Source: Plasmodiophora brassicae (lineage: Eukaryota). From it: a stretch of DNA of 64,000 bases. The notes under the pieces are model-generated. The model worked only from the letters and a program-made list of their open reading frames with translations, made no database searches and was not told the DNA's origin. The stretch covers positions 62,001-126,000 of the forward strand of contig CP145425.1 of assembly GCA_036867785.1 (NCBI GenBank). Direction: 5' to 3'. A program made the position numbers and the translations under genes. This document shows, piece after piece, positions 47,120 to 56,525 of the stretch. The first letter of the stretch is position 1. The number at the start of each line of letters is the position of its first letter.

Positions 47120-48599
47120 TCAGGCGCGTTCATGACGAGCCCGGTACAGGCGGGCCACCGCATGCAAAGGCAACGCCGCGGTGGCATTGATCCGAGCCAG
47201 GAACTCTGGCGAGAACTTGTCCTGGTTCACGCTAACGCCTTCGACGAACTTGTAGGCGGTGAACGCCATCATCCAGGCAACCAGGCGTCGTCGTTTCCTG
47301 GTCGCATGAGACGTGTGCCGCCCTTTGATGTGAAGCGTGTTGGTGAAAGTTGCCTGCAGGTAACTGTAAAACTGCCCTGCAATACCGTCCAACTTGCGGC
47401 CGCTGGCGTGCACCATGTTGAGCGGCGTGTACTGCCCGTCGCGCAGATCGTCGTCGATGCCCGTCAGGTCGTTCAGTAGCTGGGCGACCGTCCCGAAATG
47501 CGCCGCGAAACTCGCCTCGTTGTCGTGGACGTTGCCCAGCGTTAGGTAGGCATCGCACAGGGCCGACAAGGCGCCTTTCCGCATGGTGACCTCCCATACG
47601 GCCCGGAAACCAGGCACAGGCGCGCCGTGACGCGGCCCGCCGAATTGCACCTGGGAATCCTTCTGCGCCTGCAACAGCTCGCCCATCACTCGGTACGTGA
47701 CCGGGAACCGTGCACGCGGCCAGTCCTGTTCTATCAGGCGGAACATGCGCCAGACCTACAGATGAAGCGCAACGTTCAGGGGAGGGAAAACGGCTCCGGT
47801 GAATGTGGTCGCGTACGTCCACTTCGTAGTCGAAGATTGGCGTCGAGTCGCCTTGCGATACCTGCCTGGCGAAACGCTGCAGGAAGGATTTCCGCTGCGA
47901 CGCTGGCAGCGCCGTGCTGTCCACGATGTCGTCGGTCAGCGGGTACAGCAGGCTGAAGGCGGCAACGGAGCGGGTGACGCGCATTGGGACCCCGGCCAGC
48001 GCCTGCATCCACAACATGGACCTCGCGTTCATGCCCGCACGACGCAGGTCGCTAGCCGACATGGTCGGGACGAGCGCCTTGGCGATCCTGTTGAACTCTT
48101 CCGTCTTCTGCGTCATCTCGACGCCCAGGTCCATCGCGACGGGTTCGCGACGGGCGCGACGCTGGCTGCGGGATGCAGGAGCCGGCGCCGGGCGCGTGAA
48201 CAGCGTCGTCAGAACTGGGCGGATCGCCTCCCACGCTTCGTTTCCGCTCCTGTTGCTCGCGGAACCGGATTGGACGGCAATGTTAATCTTCGCCATGACG
48301 GCGTCTTGGTCTGACGGCGACAGATGGCTCTGCGTCCAGGGCAGGTGCTGGCCAGGTACGACCCCGCCCGAGCAGTAATCACCGGACGGCTCGAGCAGCG
48401 GGATGGCCACGATGCCACGATCCCCGAGCATCCTGGTCGGCGACGTGAACGTTGACCGCAAATCGTGCCCCTGCGGCGCTGACGAAAGGTAGGCGGGCGG
48501 CCCCCACACAACGTCGGCAGCGGGGGCACCTCGCGCGCCAACCATGCAGATGCATACGATCGCGCAGACGGCCGCGCGTAACCCCATGGTCGTACCCAT
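47120..48599 (-). CDS. Predicted secreted class I isoprenoid/terpene synthase-fold protein (intron 47756-47816)
   Basis: Signal peptide MGLRAAVCAIVCICMVGARG; FSLLYPLTDDIVD (DDxxD); KGALSALCD; QLLNDLTGIDDDLRDG. Confidence 0.75.
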
Positions 48600-48828
48600 C
48601 CGCAGCACGTTCACACGGAGGCTCGCAGCGCGGTCCGGTCGCTGCTCGACTATTGCTGGAGGACGACGACGCCGTGCTGTTCCCGGGGACACGCCCAAAT
48701 GCAGCTCCTGGAGCCGCGCACCACGGCAGTTCCATAGTTGGACCAGCAGGCAGCAGCGGGTACCCTAGCCGAAGCACGCCGGACGAACGCGTACAAGTCG
48801 TCGGCAGGCTGTATTCAGCGTCAGGTGC

Positions 48829-49236
48829 CTACGCTGGGAGCGTCCTCGAGCGACGACCGGCTGGACGGACGACTGGGCGGTCCAGGTGCGGCAATAACGT
48901 CTCCGCACCGGTCGTCGCACACGTCGCTTCCGACTGGTTCTCGGCGGATGCTTCCTCGGGCGACGCGTCCGACACGACCGCCAGGCGTCGTTTGCTCTTG
49001 ATCAGAGCCATGGCGTTAGGGGCCGTCAGTGGTCCCGACAACATGGCCGGGTTCAGGTTCAGGCGCGCCTGCAGGTCGGCGATCTTCCCGCTGGGCTTCT
49101 TCATCGTCAATGACGACGACATCTCAGTCTGTTTCGGTGGCTGGGCTGTGGTGACGACCGTGGTCTGTTCTTCTGACGATGCCTCCGACTTGACAATGGC
49201 CGATACGACGAATAGAGGCCGTGTAGTGTCGGCCAT
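48829..49236 (-). CDS. Small disordered CapZIP/FAM21-like protein with a capping-protein-interaction-like motif
   Basis: KIADLQARLNLNPAML followed by LPHLDRPVVRPAGRRSRT. Confidence 0.55.
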   Translation of the reverse strand: MADTTRPLFVVSAIVKSEASSEEQTTVVTTAQPPKQTEMSSSLTMKKPSGKIADLQARLNLNPAMLSGPLTAPNAMALIKSKRRLAVVSDASPEEASAENQSEATCATTGAETLLPHLDRPVVRPAGRRSRTLPA

Positions 49237-49386
49237 TGGCCAACCCACGACTGCGCAACAATGAGCGCCATGTCGGCATCCAACAAGGCTAGCAGCGTCT
49301 GCCCAAACGGGAGAGGCTTATACGCGCGCTCCCGTCGTCTGGCCGTTATATGTGTATGAAGCCGTCGCGGATCGCCCGCGCATGCT

Positions 49387-49778
49387 GCCGGTCCTGCCCG
49401 ACGGCCCAGATCACGCGCTTCTCCGCAGGGACGTCGCACATGCAGGTCTTTCGGGAGGCTGAGGCTTGCCGGCCTCCATGTACCGTGCGAACGGTGCAAG
49501 AGCGTCGGCACCATCCGAAGTAGATACTCGCCGGAGATGTTCGCCTTGCAGCAGCATGCTGGCGAGCTCTCGTAACCTGCTGGCAGCTTATCAGCCCGCA
49601 AGTGTGGCTGGGCAGGCTTCGGGTCCGGTGCATGAGCACAGAGGTAGCGATATCCGTCCATGGCCGTGGGCTCGGAGCCGACCCGCGTGCGAACGCAGGC
49701 CGGCATCCTCCGCCGCCCGAAAGACGTGCATGTGCGACCCCTGGGGGAACATTGCCTGGTCAGTCTGGCAGGACCGGC
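49387..49778. repeat. Imperfect inverted repeat (49387-49475 / 49697-49778) enclosing scrambled copies of the 51.2-51.6 kb sequence
   Basis: gccggtcctgcc...gtcgcacatgca.gtctttcggg...gccggcct and its reverse complement. Confidence 0.85.
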
Positions 49779-49847
49779 GCCTGCGGTTCGCCGGTGACGG
49801 CAGCAGCACCAGACGCCATCCGCGACGGATCGACCAGACCAAAATCA

Positions 49848-50120
49848 CCCAGAGGACCCGCGAGGGTCTTAGGCCATTCTAATGTATTCACCCGTTGTTC
49901 AGGCGGCGAATAAAGGCTGGGCAACGCCCGGCGTCGATTGGGAGCGATGCCGGGTCAGCGGCGCAGTGCGTACCATCACCTTCTGCCCGTGGCGACTGGT
50001 CATCGCCGTCGACCCGACATCGCTCCCAAGCGACGCCGGGCGTCGCCTAGCATTCATTCGCCGCCTGAACAACGGGTGAATACATGAGAATTGCCTAAGA
50101 CCCTCGCGGGGTCCTCTGGG
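49848..50120. repeat. Inverted repeat/hairpin, arms 49848-49963 and 50004-50120, ~40 bp loop
   Basis: cccagaggacccgcgagggtcttagg...atgtattcacccgttgttcaggcggcgaat pairs with attcgccgcctgaacaacgggtgaatacat...cctaagaccctcgcggggtcctctggg. Confidence 0.95.
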
Positions 50121-51154
50121 AGGTTCTCTGCTGAAGGGACGCAGCGTGCGGATGGAGCGGTCCCGGGCACCGCGCCCGGGCGCCGCGCCGCGCTCTGCCG
50201 ATCGAGATCCGCCCGCGGGTCCCGCGTCAGATATCTCGTGTGGGAGTCGAGCGCAACGACGATCTGACTGACGACCACTGCTCCACGGACTCCGTGAAAC
50301 AGCGTGCTTCTACTATTAGGACGAGCTCCATAGATTTCTACGGGCGCCCGCTCCATCTACTCTCCAAGACAATGACATACTGCTGAGTATTGAGTCGGAG
50401 GCGGCCGACTCGACGACGCTGCCATGCATCATGCCGACCTGGCAGGATCCAACCTTCCGGTTGTCCGATCGCCAGCACCGGTGAATGCACGTGCTGGGTA
50501 CGGTGATCCGGGCAACCGTTGCCAAGTGCCTGCGCGGGGTGTCGTTGTCGATTTCGGCCCAGCGCCGCTGGCCGGCCCGGTCTGCACTGATCTGCAGAAC
50601 GAGCAGGACAACCAGGCTGCCGCCGTCGCCGTCGCCGCTGCCGAAGCCGTTGTCGAGCTAGTCCGCGTCCAACATGATGGGGACCGCCGCGTCGACCTTC
50701 TGACCAGGCTGGTGCCGACCGCCCTGCTGTTGATGCTCATCTCGTTCGTCGCGGACGAGCTCGCGCCCACGCCAGGCCCGCATCGACGCCGCCGAACCGG
50801 ACCGCCATGGTCCTTCCCGCTGCCAAATACGGCGACAACGCGCAAGGTCAGCCGCCGCCCGGCCGCGGTGGCACCCTCCGTCGTAAACGCCGCTACCTCA
50901 AGCCGTTCCCCCACGCCCCTCAACCACCGGCGTGCTGCGCCGCGCCCGGGCCCACGTCCCCCTGTGACGGCGCCTCTATCCGACGCAGCACGGCGCCTAT
51001 CGCCTCGGGCACCCTGCGTGCGCGCCGAGCACCGCACCGGCACAGTGCGTATCATCCATCACGTGCTCATTGCGACCGGCATCGCCTGTCGCCCTACGCT
51101 GCAGCGTCAGCTGTGCCAGGTGCTGTCCAGCGTTGTTTATTCTCGAATCTGCCG

Positions 51155-51647
51155 CGCCGGCGAACCGCCCCCAACGGTCCTGCCCGACCGCCATCATGCG
51201 CTTCCCTCCAGGGTCGCATATGCCAGGGTTCAGGGCGCCCGAGGTCGCCGGCCTGCAGGTACCGTGCGAACGGTGCAAGCGGGTCGGCACCGTTCGGCTC
51301 GCCTCCGAGCCGAAGGCTCTGGACGGGTACCGGTACCTGTGCGCACACGCACCGGACCCGAGCTCGCCCAGCCGCACTTCCGGCCCGCCGACCTGCCGGA
51401 GGGCCTCGAGCGCTCGCCTGCAGCCTGCTGCAAAGCGAAGCGCTCCAGCGAGCACTGCATGTCATGGGTCGGTGAACCCCGAAGCCTTGCTCAGGAAGCC
51501 ATGACATGCAGTACTCGCTGGAGCGCTTCGCTTTGCAGCAGGCCGCAAGCGAGCGCCGGAAGTGCGGCTGAGCGAGCTGCGGGTCCGGCGCATGCACGCA
51601 CAGGTACCGGTATCCGTCCATAGCCTTCGGCTCGGAGGCGAGCCGAA
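51155..51647. mobile_element. Degenerate transposase zinc-ribbon fragment (Merlin/IS1595-like) folded into a hairpin, arms 51293-51467 and 51499-51647
   Basis: VPCERCKRVGTVRLASEPKALDGYRYLC...CCKAKRS with a frameshift; the second half is repeated in reverse orientation. Confidence 0.5.
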
Positions 51648-52429
51648 TTGCGTTGGATCATCGGCTGCTCGATTGTCACGACACGTCGGCCTAGCTCATC
51701 AATCTTGGCCTCAAGCGCCGCAACACGAGCTGTCGAGTCGGCCTCGGGTACGTCTCCATCGGCCGGGTTTCGCTGGCAGAGGGTCGGCCGCGTCGAGCCG
51801 GGCGTACAGGTCCTGGATCATCTGACGCAGTTCAGCGTTCTCGGCTTCGAGTGCCGCGATACGTGTTCGTAGTCCGTCATCGCTGCTGTCTCCTCGTTTG
51901 TCGTCAGGTGGGACATCCTCCGCCTCGTCCACTGGGCTTTTGTTCGTTGCCTCGGCCGCGCGCATGCATCGCGGCCGACTTCTGCTTCCTCGCCTTCGAC
52001 GGCTCCAGCCACTTCGCCGCCAGTTGGGAGCCCAGTCGGATCAGCTCCGGGCCACGCGCTCAGCTCCGACCTTCTTGCCACACGCGTTCGTTGCACATGT
52101 ACCGGGGGGGGCGTCTTCGTACCCGGCCTCGGTCCGGATGTCGAGGCGGCCGACGGCGCCGTATGACGCCTGCACGCAAATTGGGTGCAACCCGACCTTG
52201 TTCGCGACCTGGAACGCGAACATGTGCGTGTCCATCGCGTAGTGCGACTTGTGACTGCTGCAGAGTGTTCCGCCAGTGGAGGCTCCCGGGCACGTTCGGC
52301 GGCTCGCGGTGGTAGTGGCATCGATGGATCTTCGACGTCAGGCTGGGCCCCCTCCTTGATCCGTGACTCGGGTGCTCCCTCGGCTTCAATCGGCTTGCCG
52401 GCGTCAAGGTCCTCGATAATGGCGTGGTC

Positions 52430-52816
52430 GTCTTCGACTTCCCGTACGGGCGACGACGTCAGGATGACCACCGAAGTGTCAGACTTGTCGTCGCCTTCCT
52501 GCGCACGGTCGTTCTGCCACATTGTCAGGTGACGAACCACGTGATCCAGCGGGGCATACTGCCGGAAGGGACGAGGTTCGTCGTATTCGCCCGGGCACAT
52601 TTCAAGTGCCCAACACGCGTCGCGTACCTGATTTCAGGCCTTGAACCTCGCCAGGAAGTCGGGCGGCACCGACCGCAGCTTCTCGGCGCCCGCGGCTGCA
52701 CCGGGCCTCGCGGCGTCCAAAGACGTCGGTTGGCGTCGGCCGCCGGCGGCCTTGACCGGGGGCTTCGGCATCGCCCCGCCGCGCCCGACCGCCCTTGTCC
52801 CAACCTACTTGACGTA
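52430..52816 (-). pseudogene. Inverted partial duplicate of the 5' end of the dsRBD gene (copy of ~53883-54320)
   Basis: 52640-52816 is a near-identical reverse complement of 53883-54059; RQYAPLDHVVRHLTMWQND..VILTSSP matches RRYAPLDDRVRHLMLWENE..MILTSSP. Confidence 0.9.
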
Positions 52817-53872
52817 AGTGTATTTACACACGTTAATGCGGCGAATGCAACGAACTGGCCGTTGCGGCTGCAGCTGGATCAGTGATCCGGCGCAGGGGAC
52901 GAAGGTGAGGGCGGTGCTTGATCACGGACGCGCTCCGTGGCGGCCGCTATTTCAGGGCGGATGCCATCTCGGCGACGACGGCGCTGTGGGCTTGGGCACG
53001 TCGATGATGCAGCGCGCCGGCGATGCCGCCTCGTCATTGCCGGGCACCGTCGGTGCAGCCAGCTTTGTGACGGTATCGCCAGGCGCGTACGTCTATCCCG
53101 CCGCGGCGACGCATCTGGCGACGGCGTCCAACACGATCGTCCTCGCCAGCTGGTAGGTCGCACGGCTGGTCGCAGCTTGCCTCGCTTCCTGACGGCGTCG
53201 TTGGTGCAGGGTACGGGACGGGTGCGACGGGCGATCCGGGCGCGTGCTTTGCGTGGCCCCGCTTGGACCGGCCGGGGGCGCTGTCACGATCGGCGTCGGC
53301 GGCATCGCGTTCCTGCTCAATGTCCTGCTCGTCACGGCCGCAGGCGCGGTCGGCGCCGTTCGCCTCGGCGGGCGCTCCGCTCTGCTGCTGGTCCTGGGGG
53401 TCCACCGGATGCTCCTCGTCGTGTTGCTGCTGGTCGACACCGGGCTGGGCGGCGGCTGACGCGCTGTCGGTCTCCGCGTGCTCGATGTCGTTCATGTCGG
53501 GGCCAGCTGCGCCTCCTTCGATACACTCGACCTGCTCCTGCATGGCTCGCTCGGCCGCCAGCACGGCCGTTCGCGCCGCCTGATTGTCCGGGTCGCCCAT
53601 CAGCGGGGCCGTTGTCCAACGCGGCCCGGCCGCCGAACGACGCGGGGGGGGGGGGGGGACTTGTAAAGTGTATTAACACGCTGAAGCGCCGAGCGCAACG
53701 AACCGGTCGTTGTGTCAGGAGCTGGATCGGCGATCCAGCTCCTGACGCAGCGACCTGGTCGTTGCGTCCGCCGCCTCAGCGTGTTTAATACACTTTACAA
53801 GTCCCCCCCTGCAACGACCAGCTCGTTGCACTCGTCGCGTCAGCGTGTTAAATACACTTAACAAGTCCCCCC
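52816..53872. mobile_element. ~1.06 kb non-autonomous TIR-type element with repeated terminal units and an internal acidic ORF (53034-53600, minus strand)
   Basis: Unit GGGGGGACTTGT(A/T)AAGTGTATT..ACACGCTGA forward at 53652, inverted ending 53809 and 53872, truncated forward at 52816; central hairpin caggagctggatc-ggc-gatccagctcctg. Confidence 0.65.
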
Positions 53873-53927
53873 CTGTAATCCCTACGTCAAGTAGGTCGGG
53901 ACAAGGGCGGTCGGGCGCGGCGGGGCG

Positions 53928-56387
53928 ATGCCGAAGCCCCCGGTCAAGGCCGCCGGCGGCCGACGCCAACCGACGCCTTCGGACGCCGCGAGGCCCGGTG
54001 CAGCCGCGGGCGCCGAGAAGCTGCGGTCGGTGCCGCCCGACTTCCTGGCGGGGTTCAAGGCAGCGCAGCGCGAGGGGAATCGCCCCACGTGCCCGCGCTT
54101 CCTGACATCAGGTACGTTGATGCTGGACCAGCGTCGGTCATTGGAAGGGCGCTAGGGCGAGCACCAGCCGCATCTCAACCCGTGCCGACGATACGCACCC
54201 TTGGACGACAGGGTTCGTCACCTGATGCTATGGGAGAACGAGCGTGCTCGGCGGGCGCTTGAACGCGACGACGAGTCGGGACATATCAGTGATGATCCTG
54301 ACGTCGTCGCCGGAACACGGAGACGGATACGACCAGAAGAAGGCTGAAGGTACCGACGCCAATGCGATCATGGAACACGAACGGCCGGCCGGAGACGCCG
54401 CCCAAGAAGGATTCACGACCCCGATCGCCGACGACCCGCCGTCGGGAGCGACAGCGCGATCACACGAGTGGTTCAGTCGCCCACGGACTGCGCGGTCTCG
54501 CCCGGTGTCTCTGGTCGAGTCCGCGTCCCGTTCAACGGATGGTACAACCGTCGATGCTGACGCCGACCGGCGACGCCGTGCGCAGCGCGCTGGTCGCGCA
54601 GGTACGCGCGAAGCAAATCACATCGGTCAGGCTGCGGGACGGATCACTGTCGCGGCGCGTCACCTGACATCCCCTAGCAGGCGTTCGCTCTGCTGCATGC
54701 CTACACGCAGCTGCATGACAAGACGTCGGCCGTGTTCCAGTACACGATGGTCGACGGCCTGCACTGCGTGTCGATCATCGTGAAGGGCGCGGTCTGCGCG
54801 TCGGCCACAGCAGCGTCGAAGAAGCAGGCGAAGCTGATCGCCACCGAGAACTTCCTGCGGCAGGCCTGCCCCGAAGCGCTGGCGCTTCTGCAGCCGGCCT
54901 TGTCCCTGGCGTCGTCCAGTCCCGAGCCGCAGACCGGGTCTCCCGCCCCGGACGCGTTGCCAGCGGCCCCGCCACAGGTGCATCGATTCCGATGGCACCC
55001 TGTGGAGCCGCTGCGCCAGTCCACCCAGGTCGTGCACGATGCCGCACGTGGGGACCCGCTGGCCCCCATCGCACACGCCGTCGACATGGGCCACATCACA
55101 TCGCTATCCGACGCGCTGGACGACGTTGCCATGCGCCTTCACGGCTGCCTGCCGACGTTCGACGTGTCCCGGAGCGACGACGGCGACGAGTTCATCGTCC
55201 AGGTCCACGTTCGTGGCGTCCCGTTCGGAGCGGGTGCCAGCGCCAGCCGCGATCGCGCCCGGTCCCTGGCGATCGAAACCGCCCTGCGACAACTGGCGCC
55301 CACGATCGCCGCCCAGCTCGGCAAGCGCAACCGGGAACGTCGCCAGCAGGCGGCGTTGCCTGATGGGCGTCCCGTCGGGCGCTTTGCCCCAATGAACGGC
55401 GACGGGCGACCATCGGATCGTTGCGTTGACGGTGGGGCCGCTGATCGTTTCGCGATCGGTCACGTCGTGCGCCCCGCGCCCTGGTCCAATTTCTCGTCGA
55501 CGAACAAGTACGATGCACCGATCCGGTCGACGCTGGACGCGATCGGTTACGATCAGGGGCGCCGGTACGCCCAGGAGGACGCCCCCGCTGACCTGCCGAC
55601 GCGGGACCCGAAGCGGATCTGTCAACGCGTCCACGAGCCGGACGCGAACGCCTGCTCGCCGTCGCACGACCTCGGGCCATGGAATCCCCGACGTGGTGCG
55701 GTTAACGCCGATGGCAACGACGACGAGGATGATGATGTGCCTGACTGGGTGCGACGGGCTCCCCGGTATCCACCAGACAGCAGCAATGGTGCGATCGCAC
55801 AGGGCCCGCCGGTCGTCGTTCCTGTCGGTTCCGATGCCGACGACGCCAACGTGGACAAATCCGTGCCGATGACGCTCGACAGGTACGCGGCGCTCGACGT
55901 GGACTCGCTGGACCCCATCCTGCTCCAGTCCGACCTGCCGTTCGACCTTGGACCCGACGTACGGCACAAGACGCCCGTGTCGGCGCTTGGCGAGTTGCAC
56001 GACAAATTGTACGTCGCTCGCCGACTCGTTCATTCCCTGTAGACGCTGACCGTGTTTGGAACAGCATGCCCGCTGCATCGCTGTCGTACCGGGCGTCGAA
56101 CTCGGTGAGCTCGGCGCTGTCACGTCAGTTCACGTGCGATCTGGACCTCGGCCACCTGCACGTATCGGTAGGGTTCGCACAGTGCCGGGCGTCTCGTGAT
56201 GGCAGCGTTCGCTGACGATCCGCAGGCGTCCGTCAGCACGAACTCGAAGCACGCCAAGCACCATGCCGCCCAGAAGATGATCCAGCGCCTGTTGCCCAGC
56301 TGCACCAAGTACATCGACGTCATGCGCGTGCTGTCGAAACGATCGACCGTGGCGACGCTGGAAGGGTGGAGCGTGCCCGATAGATGA
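53928..56387 (+). CDS. Protein with three dsRNA-binding domains, DGCR8/Pasha-like; 5' exon structure uncertain
   Basis: LLHAYTQ...ASATAASKKQAKLIATENFL; PTFDV...FIVQVHVRGVPFGAGASASRDRARSLAIETAL; KTPVSALGEL...NSKHAKHHAAQKMIQRLLP. Confidence 0.8.
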
Positions 56388-56525
56388 TCGCGGTCCACAT
56401 TGCGCCATTGGCCGCGTAGCAGGGACGATACGCCCCCAGGTGCATCCTTGTGTAGACTTACAACATTATTTATGCGCTGTCAATACATCCAGTAAACGTG
56501 GGCTGGTGACGGTAACAATCGCGGT

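Noticed and set aside
50424-51623. 399-aa ORF in the fold-back region as an intact gene
   Set aside because: It runs through scrambled and inverted fragments; the zinc-ribbon similarity is mostly in another frame
53652-53872. Short repeated units that might suggest a CRISPR array
   Set aside because: Units are in mixed orientation without unique regular spacers, there are no cas genes, and the context is eukaryotic
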